From Octopus bimaculoides (Eukaryota): DNA of 49,936 nt. Positions 12,831 to 24,689 of this stretch are shown here, piece after piece. Below the pieces are notes generated by a model. The model had not been told where the DNA came from. It saw nothing but the letters and a program-made list of their open reading frames with translations, and searched no databases. The DNA lies in contig NC_068983.1 of NCBI RefSeq assembly GCF_001194135.2, positions 12,086,289 to 12,136,224 on the forward strand. The letters run 5' to 3'. A program made the position numbers and the translations under genes. The stretch's first letter is position 1, and each line of letters starts with the position of its first letter.

Positions 12831-14444
12831 GAGATAGACCAAGAGTTACACGTGCGGTACTACTAGCCACAATAGGTCGGGCTTCCTTCCCCCAGAAAAA
12901 AGGAGCCGCTTGCAACATGGTTACACAATCAACAAAATAGCACGAATAGCAGAAGCAGGAGCAGGAGCCAAAGTGGTAATCAGAGCAGCAGCAATAAAAA
13001 AAAAAGTAAAACTACAACCAAAACATAGGATGAGTGTATTTTTACCTTCGAAAAGAGAGCTTCACAGCAGTGCTCTCCCCGCACCTCCATAAGTATCAGT
13101 ACAAATACAAGCGGTACACCTGAACATACATGTATCAAAAAGGCACAGACCACCTGGAAAAATTTCAAACTTGGAAAATTTATGATCTTAATTTGTAACA
13201 ATGAAAACAAAGTTTACACAGGTGTGCTTGTGAAAATGTACATCTACAAGTTAATTGAATAATATATGTTGTAGAAATAGAGAAAATATACTTAGATATC
13301 TTTCTGCTTTCGTGTCATTGGAATAATTTCAATTGTACAGTTGAATGTAAGCAAGCAGACAAACAGCTATCGGTGAAAAGGAAAAGGAAATGTATTTAAA
13401 CAAGTAGAATAATTTCTGTTGAGGCTAGACCAAGTCTGACGTTTAGTTATTACAAAGCCAATTAAATTAAAGAGATGAGTAACAACTTACTAAGGCTGTT
13501 ACCACAACGAAAATTAGAAGCAGTGAGACAGACTGCCTGGTATCGAGTGAATGCACCATGCGAACGAAATTTTTACTAGTTAAACAAAATGATAACTTGT
13601 TAACCTAGTTCAAAATGGTTCAACAGTGTACAAGTTTCTGATTGGCTAAATTAAGTACGAGAATTGCAACGTATTTTAAAATTCTTATCATGACCATTGT
13701 TGTCTGTAAGCTGACGTAATCTCTTACAAGCAATTGAAGCTTATATGGGAGTCTATATTGATTATCTCCTCTGATCTTTTGTCAACTCTCATAATATGGC
13801 TATTGATTCTTGATAGATTTACGAGTGTCTTGTAGTTAAGGGATAAAAGCCTTCAAAAGAATGACAGGCGGCAGACATTGTACAGTGAATAAAATCCAAA
13901 TTAGCAGCGCCTCATGTAAAATGTCAACTACATATGCATTAAAAATATCTATTGCTACAATAAAAGAAAACAAACAAACAAAATCAAGAAACATAAGGAC
14001 CATTTACAAAACATATTCAGTAGCCAGCCTGGCAGTATTCATTAATAGATGGTTACATTGGGAATTAGGGGGAAAATTCGTCAAGGAGGGAAAATGTCCC
14101 CCATACAAGCATTAAAACTGGGTCATAAACCAACTTTATGGCAGCCAGTCGTAGCAAACTAAGGAGAATATGTCTTTTCAAATACAAACACAATAGAGAG
14201 TACATCTGTAAAATTTTATTAAAAAAAATAAAAAAATAAAATGGCGACCGATAGTTTGGACGGAAACAGATTGAAAGTAGATATTGAGAAGATGACTGTT
14301 ACTTATGCAAGTGAATTATATTATTGATGTATGCAACCGAGAAATATAATTTGAAGAATACAAGAAACAGAAACTGAAATTGTACTGGAGTATTTACAGA
14401 CTGACGAGTGAGTATTATGTGTGTGCGCACGCACTTGTGTGTAT

Positions 14445-14499
<55 letters not shown>

Positions 14500-14785
14500 N
14501 NNNNNNNNNNNNNNNNNNNNNNNNNNNNNNNNNNNNNNNNNNNNNNNNNNNNNNNNNNNNNNNNNNNNNNNNNNNNNNNNNNNNNNNNNNNNNNNNNNNN
14601 NNNNNNNNNNNNNNNNNNNNNNNNNNNNNNNNNNNNNNNNNNNNNNNNNNNNNNNNNNNNNNNNNNNNNNNNNNNNNNNNNNNNNNNNNNNNNNNNNNNN
14701 NNNNNNNNNNNNNNNNNNNNNNNNNNNNNNNNNNNNNNNNNNNNNNNNNNNNNNNNNNNNNNNNNNNNNNNNNNNNNNNNNNNNN

Positions 14786-14829
<44 letters not shown>

Positions 14830-14958
14830 CATATATACATATACATACATGCATACATATTTATACATACACACAAACGTGTATATATAAATATATATAT
14901 AACTATATATATATATATACATATATACATACATGCATATGTACGTATATATACATTT

Positions 14959-15001
<43 letters not shown>

Positions 15002-15464
15002 AACACCAAGAAGAATTTTTCTTCTCTCATCACAGATTCGTCTTCACGAGTCCAATTTGTGTATTTGAATTTTATCCTATTGTGTTCTATATTCTATTTT
15101 TATCTAAGAATGTATATAAACTCTAGCATGTATTGATTTCTTTCATAGACACACGACCTAATTGTATATCATGTCTGTAAGTTTTTTAAGTGTATTAACG
15201 ATGTAAGTTTAGCGAAATTTATGGAACTGTTACTCGAAACCCAGACAAGGAATCGGTTTATCAGGATTACATTTTGTCATGAGGAAGGCCGTTTTATTTT
15301 AGGTTTTTTTTTCCTTTTATTTTTGGTTAGAAAGTAGTGTGGTTGATTGTGTCTCTACCAATGTTGTATTAGTTCATACTTTTCACACACATACATGCTC
15401 ACATACATACAAATACAAATATACGCGGAGAAGCACACGCATCTTACATGGACTTACATAAACA

Positions 15465-15640
15465 TGTATGTATGTATGTATGTATGTATGTATGTATGTA
15501 TGTATGTACGTGCGTATGTATATTGGTATGTATGTATTAGTGTATGTTTCTATGAATGCATGTACATACGTATGTATGTTTGTATGTCTGTACTTACGTA
15601 TGTATATTTGTATGTATGTATTTGTATGTTTGTACGTATG
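15465..15640. repeat. (TATG)n degenerate microsatellite
   Basis: Read directly. It continues after the SINE at 15961-16030, so the SINE sits inside the tract. Confidence 0.9.
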
Positions 15641-15643
15641 CAA

Positions 15644-15960
15644 GTGAAGGGGCGTGGCTTTGTGGTTAGGGCATTCGGCTCACCATCGTAAAGTCATGAG
15701 TTCAATTCCCGGCGAGGCGTTGCGTCCTTGAGCAAGACATTTTGTTTCACGTTGCTCCAGTCCACTCAGCTGGTAGAAATGAGTAGTATCTGTATTTCAA
15801 AGGGCCGGCCTTGTCACACTCTGTGTCACGCTGAATCTCCCTGAGAACTACGTTAAGGGTACACGTGTCTGTGGATTGCTCACTCACTTAATTTCACGAG
15901 CAGGCTGTTCCGTTGGTCGTATCAGCTGGGACCCTCGTCGTCGTAACCGACGGAGTGCTC
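15644..15960 (+). mobile_element. tRNA-derived SINE, family B1 (head B plus family-A tail)
   Basis: A-box GTGGCTTTGTGG and B-box GAGTTCAATTCC. The central module is shared with 10933-11178, and the 3' half from CTGTATTTCAAAGGG onward is shared with family A. Confidence 0.93.
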
Positions 15961-16485
15961 CTATATGTATGCATGTACGTACATATGTATGTTAGTATGT
16001 ATGTGTATATGTATGAATGTATGTGTGTATTGAGTTGTCGGATGAATTCTTTGTTCCCCTCCATCATTTTGTTTAATCCTTCCACTGTTATTTGTAGTTA
16101 AATTTGTACAAGGCTATAGATAAAGACATTTACTCAAGATGCCATGCCGCTGCGATGCAAACTTTTTAATCCGTTCGGCCATATTGTGCCTCTGGGTTTT
16201 AAGTGCCATCAACCAAATTTCATTCAGACGTCTTTAATTCGGCCGAAGATATGAGGGAAAATGTTTCTCCAGTTTGCCACACAGTCGGATCGAACTCGAA
16301 AGATAAAGCAATTACAAAGCGTACTTACTCACAAAGTACTGCTTGGGGGCAAAAAGAATGACAAAAGGAATAAAAGTATACGCACTACGTTAAGCGAAGC
16401 TGCATTGCCCTTCCATATAATTTAAGTATTGCTGCGTGGCTAACAATAAATCCTTAGTTAAAAATATTGCTTATAAATGTAGCGT

Positions 16486-16871
16486 GGTGGAGGCGCAATG
16501 GCCCAGTGGTTAGGGCAGCGGACTCGCGGTCATAGGATCGCGGTTTCGATTCCCAGACCGGGCGTTGTGAGTGTTTATTGAGCGAAAACATATAATGCTC
16601 CACGAGGCTCTGGCAGGGGATGGTGGTGAACCCTGCTGTACTCTTCCGCCACAACTTTCTCTCACTCTCTCTTCCTGTTTCTCTTGTGCCTGTATTTCAA
16701 AGGGCCAGCCTTGTCACAATGTGTCACGCTTAATATCCCCGAGAACTACGTTAAGGGTACACGTGTCTGTGGAGTGCTCAGCCACTTGCATGTTAATTTC
16801 ACGAGCAGGCTGTTCCGTTGATTGGATCAAATGGAACACTCGACGTCGTAAGCGACGGAGTGCCAACAACA
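16486..16871 (+). mobile_element. tRNA-derived SINE, family A, full length
   Basis: Colinear with 10063-10450. 11-bp TSD AAATGT[A/G]GCGT with one mismatch at 16475-16485 and 16872-16882. Confidence 0.95.
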
Positions 16872-17267
16872 AAATGTGGCGTTATAACTAATCATTGAAC
16901 TTTCACTTATATAAGTTCTGCATCTTGTCATATTTAATCAAGATTACATAATCTTCTCCACACATTTTCGAAGTAATGATAAAGCGAACTCTACGTCTCT
17001 AGCCTCGAAAATCGGGAATTAAAAGATAATTATATAGATTATCACTTATCATAGAGCATTGCGAGATATGATTAGCCTTATATTAGTGACAGGTTTGGTT
17101 GAATCTCTATTGTGTTGACATTTTGCAACTCTTGACATGGTCGAATAGTAGTTTTATTAATAAATTTGATGAGATAAGGATCAAATGCACAGATTCTATC
17201 CGACTAAATTTCGTATACTTTAAACTCAATTTATAATATTTCTCGGTGTATTAGAAGCATAACTGCT

Positions 17268-17321
<54 letters not shown>

Positions 17322-17373
17322 CATCCATCCATCTATGTATCCACCATCCATCCATCCATCCATCCATCCATCC

Positions 17374-17437
<64 letters not shown>
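17268..17437. repeat. (TATC)n(CATC)n(TATC)n compound tetranucleotide repeat
   Basis: Read directly. Confidence 0.97.
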
Positions 17438-18612
17438 GTTAGGTATAGTAAGGCTCTAGCAATAGATCGAAATAGAATAGAGGGAGACCTAGATAAGAAA
17501 TTAGATGAGGCACATAGAAATGGTATCGTGTCCAACATACTGGCGACGAGGTTAGGCCTCGACCAACACGTCAACGCCAAACACGAAGGATGCGTTTTCA
17601 GAGCTAGGATGAGCACTCTGAGAAACGAAGGACCTGGAACCGCCCGAGAGGCCCGAGTGGCGGAGGCGCAACGAGGCATCAAAGCCAGCATTAGGTCTTT
17701 GACAGATGAACAGGGTGCGAATTACTCAAGCCCGGAAGGATGTGCGGGACAACTGGTGGGTCAGAACGCAGGGTGGACTTTAGTGCCTACCTGCGTGGTC
17801 TGCTACGATTCTCAGCAAGAGAGGCAGAGTGTTGTGAAAGACCCATCACAGCCGCGGACGTACGGGATGCGATGGCAGGCTACGCAGGAAACAAGTCGCC
17901 AGGCTTGTTTGGTCTGCCCTCCGAACTTTATTGTCATTTGCCAGACTTGTTTGGAGGCGTCTTGGCAGCAGCCTACTGGAACTGGCAGCAAAACGGGAGT
18001 ATCCCCAGTTTTGTGAGCCAAGGAGTGGTGCACTGCTAAAGAAAGATCCAAACAAGGGGAACGTCATAGATAACTTCAGGCCCATCACTCTGCTCAATGA
18101 AGATTTGAAGATTTTGGCCAAGGTGCTAACCGAGAGGTGAGAGGTTGGCGCTTGTAATCGAGAAACTGGTCGACAAAGTGCAAACATACGCCGTGCTGGG
18201 CAGGATTATCCATGACAATCTCCATCTGATGCGCTACATCATTGACAGGGTAGTTAAGGAACTTGGCGTGGGTGGGGCGCTGATCAATTTGAATCAATCG
18301 AAAGCTTTCGATAGAGTCGACCATTGCTACTTGGAGGCTGTCCTTAGAGCGGCTGGTTTCGGTCCAGTCTTCCGCGGTTGGATCGCTGCTTTATACAGCG
18401 GCATCTGCTCGGTAGTTTGCGTAAATGGTCACCTGTCCAGGCCATTTAACATCACGCGTTCGGTACGTCAATGATGCCCCCTCGCGTCTCTTCTGTACGT
18501 ATTAACTCTAGAGCCACTACTACGAAGGCGGGAGAAGCTAAAGAGCATCCCGCGAGAACTGGGATGCAGGAGGAGAGTGTTTGCATACGCGGACGACGTC
18601 ACCGTCATAGAG
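17438..18612 (+). mobile_element. Tx1/L1-clade LINE ORF2 fragment (linker plus RT domains), 5'-truncated, disrupted, running into a gap
   Basis: NKSPGLFGLPSELY, LLKKDPNKGNVIDNFRPITLLNEDLKILAKVL, QSKAFDRVDH, VRQ*CPLASLLYVLTLEPLLR and FAYADDVTV are standard L1/Tx1 RT motifs in order. Frameshifts and stops are present. GC content is visibly higher than the flanks. Confidence 0.93.
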
Positions 18613-19161
18613 NNNNNNNNNNNNNNNNNNNNNNNNNNNNNNNNNNNNNNNNNNNNNNNNNNNNNNNNNNNNNNNNNNNNNNNNNNNNNNNNNNNNNNNN
18701 NNNNNNNNNNNNNNNNNNNNNNNNNNNNNNNNNNNNNNNNNNNNNNNNNNNNNNNNNNNNNNNNNNNNNNNNNNNNNNNNNNNNNNNNNNNNNNNNNNNN
18801 NNNNNNNNNNNNNNNNNNNNNNNNNNNNNNNNNNNNNNNNNNNNNNNNNNNNNNNNNNNNNNNNNNNNNNNNNNNNNNNNNNNNNNNNNNNNNNNNNNNN
18901 NNNNNNNNNNNNNNNNNNNNNNNNNNNNNNNNNNNNNNNNNNNNNNNNNNNNNNNNNNNNNNNNNNNNNNNNNNNNNNNNNNNNNNNNNNNNNNNNNNNN
19001 NNNNNNNNNNNNNNNNNNNNNNNNNNNNNNNNNNNNNNNNNNNNNNNNNNNNNNNNNNNNNNNNNNNNNNNNNNNNNNNNNNNNNNNNNNNNNNNNNNNN
19101 NNNNNNNNNNNNNNNNNNNNNNNNNNNNNNNNNNNNNNNNNNNNNNNNNNNNNNNNNNNNN

Positions 19162-19370
19162 TGTGTGTGTGTGTGTATGTGTGTGTGAATGTGTGTGTGT
19201 GTGTGTGAATGTGTGTGTGTGTGTATGTGTGTGTGTGTGTGTATGTGTGGGTGTGTATGTGTGAATGTGTGTGTGTGTGTATATGTGAATGTGTGTGTGT
19301 GTGTATGTGTGTGTGAATGTGTGTGTGTGTGTGTGAATGTGTGTGTGTGTGTATGTGTGTGTGTGGGTGT
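19162..19370. repeat. (TG)n degenerate microsatellite
   Basis: Read directly. Confidence 0.95.
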
Positions 19371-19593
19371 TAATTCTTTACTGCCCACAAGGGGCTAAAC
19401 ACAGAGGGGACAAACAAAGACAGGCAAACGGATTAAGTCGATTATATCTACCCCAGTGCGTAACTGGTACTTATTTAATCGACCCCGAAAGGATGAAAGG
19501 CAAAGTCGACCTCGGCGGAATTTGAACTCAGAACGTAGCGGCAGACGAAATACCGCTAAGCATTTCGCCCGGCGTGCTAACGTTTCTGCCAGC
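19371..19593 (-). mobile_element. SINE family C (tail variant 1), 5' end lost in a gap
   Basis: Reverse complement is colinear with 34377-34607. B-box GAGTTCAAATTCC. Confidence 0.92.
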
Positions 19594-20361
19594 NNNNNNN
19601 NNNNNNNNNNNNNNNNNNNNNNNNNNNNNNNNNNNNNNNNNNNNNNNNNNNNNNNNNNNNNNNNNNNNNNNNNNNNNNNNNNNNNNNNNNNNNNNNNNNN
19701 NNNNNNNNNNNNNNNNNNNNNNNNNNNNNNNNNNNNNNNNNNNNNNNNNNNNNNNNNNNNNNNNNNNNNNNNNNNNNNNNNNNNNNNNNNNNNNNNNNNN
19801 NNNNNNNNNNNNNNNNNNNNNNNNNNNNNNNNNNNNNNNNNNNNNNNNNNNNNNNNNNNNNNNNNNNNNNNNNNNNNNNNNNNNNNNNNNNNNNNNNNNN
19901 NNNNNNNNNNNNNNNNNNNNNNNNNNNNNNNNNNNNNNNNNNNNNNNNNNNNNNNNNNNNNNNNNNNNNNNNNNNNNNNNNNNNNNNNNNNNNNNNNNNN
20001 NNNNNNNNNNNNNNNNNNNNNNNNNNNNNNNNNNNNNNNNNNNNNNNNNNNNNNNNNNNNNNNNNNNNNNNNNNNNNNNNNNNNNNNNNNNNNNNNNNNN
20101 NNNNNNNNNNNNNNNNNNNNNNNNNNNNNNNNNNNNNNNNNNNNNNNNNNNNNNNNNNNNNNNNNNNNNNNNNNNNNNNNNNNNNNNNNNNNNNNNNNNN
20201 NNNNNNNNNNNNNNNNNNNNNNNNNNNNNNNNNNNNNNNNNNNNNNNNNNNNNNNNNNNNNNNNNNNNNNNNNNNNNNNNNNNNNNNNNNNNNNNNNNNN
20301 NNNNNNNNNNNNNNNNNNNNNNNNNNNNNNNNNNNNNNNNNNNNNNNNNNNNNNNNNNNNN

Positions 20362-20392
<31 letters not shown>

Positions 20393-20960
20393 ACCACACA
20401 CACACACACACACACACACACCACACACATATATATGCGTGTGTGTGTGTATGTATGTAAATCTATATCTATATGTATCAATCAATATGTACCTGTCTTC
20501 ACCTCACAAATCACATATACTTTGAAACACGCACAAGCACTCCCACACTAAAAACACACACACACATGCACACTCAAATAAACATACCTTTTTTGGTGTA
20601 TGTATTTATAATATAGACAGCTGCCTAATTTATCCTACCATTAATATTAATTTAAAACACTTTTCATAATATATATATATATATAAAAAAAGATATATGC
20701 CTCTTCCTTTCTGTCTGTCATGAAATAAATATCTTATGTACTTTTAAAATAACATTTTGTATTCTGAAGGAATAACAAACTTATAATTATTTAGACTATT
20801 TGAAACAAATTGTTTATACCACTATAGTATATAAGTATATATGTATAAGTGTATGCATTTGTGTGAATACTTGAATATACATGATGTACACTCTCTTAAA
20901 GATATCTACGAGAGTATGTATTCATGTCTGTAATGCAAGCCATATACTACAGGTTCAAGT

Positions 20961-21812
20961 TTGTTCTTGAGAGAAAGGATCAGTGTACACGTAAAAAAAA
21001 AAAATCCCAGGGAGAGGAAGGTTCTTAGGAGACAGCGTTCAAAGATTGCAAACCATCTAAAAAGCAAACTGAGTGGCAGTGAAAAATCTCGCCTGAGAAC
21101 AATACTGTTGGAAATTGAGAAAAGTCTAAAATACTCCCATGAAAAAGAACGAGCAGACAAAGAAGCTTGGGTTATAAAAAATATAAACTCAAACTTAAAA
21201 ATCTTCTTTAACTTTACTAAAGAAACTGCCTCAGTGCTTTGCAGGGAAGGGCCCCGCTCCCAAAAGATGGCTCACTCACGGGAAACCCAATGAAAATAAG
21301 TGAAACACTGAATGAACAATTCAAAAGTGTTTTTACTCAACCCTTACGGAACACTCAAGTCAGCAGACCTGTAGATTTTCTTTAATCACTACAAATGTAA
21401 AGAAAGAGAGGCAGTAATAGTTGTTTACATTGATATAAATGAAGATGTATTACTGGTCATAGATGAAATAAACTCAAACACATCTACTGACTCTGAATGT
21501 TTTCCAGTAAACCTTCTAAAGTCGTGTAAAGAAACCCTAGCAAAGCTACTGCAGTCTTTCTTCTAGAGTTTTCCTGCTAGAGGCAAGCGTCTAGACAAGT
21601 TGAAGGAAAGTACAATGTGCCCTATTTATAAAGAAGGTAAAAGAGCTGATGCCAAAAACTGTAGGTTTCCCTCTAGTCACGCACATCGGCTAAGTAATAG
21701 AACGGATAGTCCATTCAAGGAACTAATCAAGTTCCTTGAAGAAAATTACTGACTGACTGACACCCAGCGTGGTTTCCGACCAGGAAGAAGCTGCTTACAC
21801 AGCTCTTACAAC
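20961..21812 (+). mobile_element. CR1-like LINE ORF2 fragment (linker plus RT N-terminal part), decayed
   Basis: IKNINSNLKIFFNF, DGSLTGNPMKISETLNEQFKSVFTQP, FPVNLLKSCKETLAKLL, CPIYKEGKRADAKN and LTDTQRGFRPGRSC match CR1-type ORF2 motifs. Multiple frameshifts. Confidence 0.85.
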
Positions 21813-21904
21813 AGTAAAATGTTGAAGCACCTGGTTAGCCACTGAAATACATCTCTTTATTTTGTTATCGTACCCGTTCATGCAATTCTGCAGCGGCAGT
21901 CATT

Positions 21905-22086
21905 AAATGCTTAGCGCGATTTCGCCCGTCATTAGGTTCTAAGTTCAAATGCCACCGAAGTTGACTTTGCCTTTCATCCTTTCGGCATCGATAAAATAAA
22001 TACCATTTGAGCACTGAGGCCGATATAATCGATGTAGCCCTCCCTCCCGTATTGCTGGCCCTCTATCAAAATTTGAAACTAATATT
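21905..22086 (+). mobile_element. SINE family C (tail variant 3), degraded
   Basis: AAATGCTTAGCG...GTTGACTTTGCCTTTCATCCTTTCGGCATCGATAAAATAAATACC...TTGCTGGCCCTCTATCAAAATTTGAAACTAATATT. Confidence 0.8.
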
Positions 22087-22208
22087 TCAAGGTCCAATAC
22101 AGTACAAATATCATTTACCGATTGCTGTTATATAACAGAAGTATCGTTCTCGTATGGTTGTGAACTACGAATTCGGTACTCATGGCTGATGGCGCATAAC
22201 AACGCACA

Positions 22209-22252
22209 AACGCATGCGTTCCATGATCCAATGACGTCAATCATAACCCAAT
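22209..22252. promoter_or_regulatory. Cluster of promoter-like motifs (palindrome, CRE, two CCAAT)
   Basis: AACGCATGCGTT 12-bp palindrome at 22209-22220, TGACGTCA at 22232-22239, CCAAT at 22228-22232 and 22248-22252. No linked gene identified. Confidence 0.25.
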
Positions 22253-22841
22253 GTGTTTTTACATATGTTGTTCAAGAGGAGAAATTTTTTCTGAGACTAT
22301 TTCCATAGCGAAAAGTCTCCCAACGTTCGACTCTACAATTCGACTTTACAGTAGTAAACAGCGATAAGTTATATTCCCCTACTTTCCTTGTTCGTGTTTT
22401 TCAAGGTAGATGCAAATATCTATATTTTGAATAATCCTAAACTCAGAGAAAAAGTATTAATTTCTGTGGTTTGTTCATTTATTGGAATAGATGAATAAAA
22501 GTAAAGTTTGCATTGCAGTAATTCTACGAGGATGGATTTATAAAGAACGAGGACAAGGCAGATGATATTTTCGGACATCTGAAAAGAGGAACAAGGTGCC
22601 TGACTGCGGAAAGAGACCTGAATGAAAGGAATGAATAGAAAAGAAGCGCATTGTATAATCTAAAGGAACTGTGATGTAAGGTTACAATATTCATAGGGCC
22701 TGACACTAACGTGAAGAAGAATCACGTGGAAGATACAATTTGGCAGAGTGGATGATATAGGCGAGTTGAACGCTTGTTTATCTTGCACACATCTTTATCT
22801 TGGATGCAATTTATATAATGGTTGGGAGAGGGAGACAGAGA

Positions 22842-22876
<35 letters not shown>

Positions 22877-23679
22877 TGTGTGTGTGTATTTGTGTGTGTT
22901 TGTGTTTGTGTTTGTGTGTGTGTGTGTATGTGTGTGTACAAACGATTTTAGATAATGGAAGCAGTCCAAAACAAACTACCGTTATTGTAACAAAATACAT
23001 GTGTTGATGCAGTCAACTTCACAACTTGAAGCTCTAATAAGCATCTTATAATTTTTTTTTCCTATTTGGAAAATGTATAAAACAAAATAAATAAATAACA
23101 GGTGAAAGCAAGAAGCGCAGTAACAGAAAAGAAGAATAAACCTAGACAAAAACATCACTACAAAATTTTCCCCTAAACAACACAAACGAAATCCTACCTG
23201 TGCGAAAGGGAGAAGGGAGCCATATAAATTTATTTATTCTCACCCCACTTTTCAACTACTTATCCATTACCTCGTATAGATGGTTTATAAAACAACTACG
23301 CTAATTCTATATAAAATCTGATACAAATTCATAAACGCAAATATATTCATTCTATGCACAACCCGAATATTCACACGATGTTAATAAAATAAAACTTGAA
23401 CAGTCATCAGAAATCTTTCACATTCATATACTTCTTATTGGCATTTTTTTTTTGTAAATCTTTATGTCACTCCCCTTCACATAAAAATACAACATTANNN
23501 NNNNNNNNNNNNNNNNNNNNNNNNNNNNNNNNNNNNNNNNNNNNNNNNNNNNNNNNNNNNNNNNNNNNNNNNNNNNNNNNNNNNNNNNNNNNNNNNNNNN
23601 NNNNNNNNNNNNNNNNNNNNNNNNNNNNNNNNNNNNNNNNNNNNNNNNNNNNNNNNNNNNNTATATATATATATATATT

Positions 23680-23975
23680 CTTTGATTCTTTTATTCTTTT
23701 AGTTCAGTCATTTTGACTGTGGCCATGTTGGAGCACCGTCTTTTTATCCGATGAAATCGACTCCTGGACTTGTTCTTTGTAAGTCTGGTACCTATTCTAT
23801 GGGTCTCTTTTGTCGAATCGATAAGTTACGGGGACGTCCACACACCAACACCGTTTGTAAATCGATGGTGCAGAGACAAACTCAGACACAAATGCACAAA
23901 TGTATACGTACACTTATATATGAGTGGATTTAGTAGACAGAAACTGAGAGAAGCCCATCGTGTATGTATATATAT
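23680..23975. mobile_element. SINE family D, rearranged copy (3' half on minus, middle segment on plus)
   Basis: About 23680-23915 is the reverse complement of the D 3' half. About 23921-23975 (TGAGTGGATTTAGTAGACAGAAACTGAGAGAAGCCCATCG) is the D mid-segment in forward orientation. Confidence 0.8.
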
Positions 23976-24525
23976 ATAAAGGAAAGAAGAATTAACAACA
24001 ATTAACAATTAGAAGTTGATCATTGGTATTAAAAGTTCACAGTTTAATTGTAGTTAATAAAACATTTACATCTGTTTCAGTTTGTTATTTTGAAGTAAAT
24101 TTGCATTTATCAAGTTCTATTTAGCAAACATCGTTAGAATGATTTAGAGTTTTCCGGAGGAGTATAGACTGGAGAAAACGGAAAAGGGAAAAAAGTAAAA
24201 AGGGAAAAAGTTCGTTAAGTCTTACATTTTTGTGTCCTTTAAGTTTCCACGTGTGTGTACATTTCTTCATTTAGATGAATGGAATAAGTGAGGAAAATGA
24301 CTAGTTGACCGGCGGTGTTAGTCGGAAGTGTTATACCTGGTAGTAATATCCGGTGTCGTTAATTGTAATAAATAACCCTGTTTGAGACGGCTAGATAAGT
24401 CCCTATGATTACAAATAATGCCCTTGTTAAAAATTAAGGATGCTCTTAAAAGTTTAAGTGCGACATACGGTATAAATTTGGGTTACGTAAAAGCTATCAG
24501 AAATATATAAATAGGACTTGTATAG

Positions 24526-24680
24526 GATATCTTCAATAAGTATAAGGAATACTGTAAGATTGCATTGGAAAAAGCAAGATATAGGCACAAAATTAAGTAC
24601 CTTTACTCGGAGCCTTATAAAAATAACCCGAATATCATAAATATCTATAATTATAATAATAGTAATAATAGCCAAAATAT
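24526..24680 (+). mobile_element. Penelope-like element fragment (RT thumb), inverted partner of 25749-25903
   Basis: Translates to DIFNKYKEYCKIALEKARYRHKIKYLYSEPYKNNPN. About 155 bp, highly similar to the reverse complement of 25749-25903. Confidence 0.75.
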
Positions 24681-24689
24681 AAGGTGGCT

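Noticed and set aside
24150-24450. Hammerhead ribozyme expected near the Penelope-like element
   Set aside because: I could not find the CTGANGA...GAAA core with flanking stems on either strand by eye; an Infernal scan would be needed.
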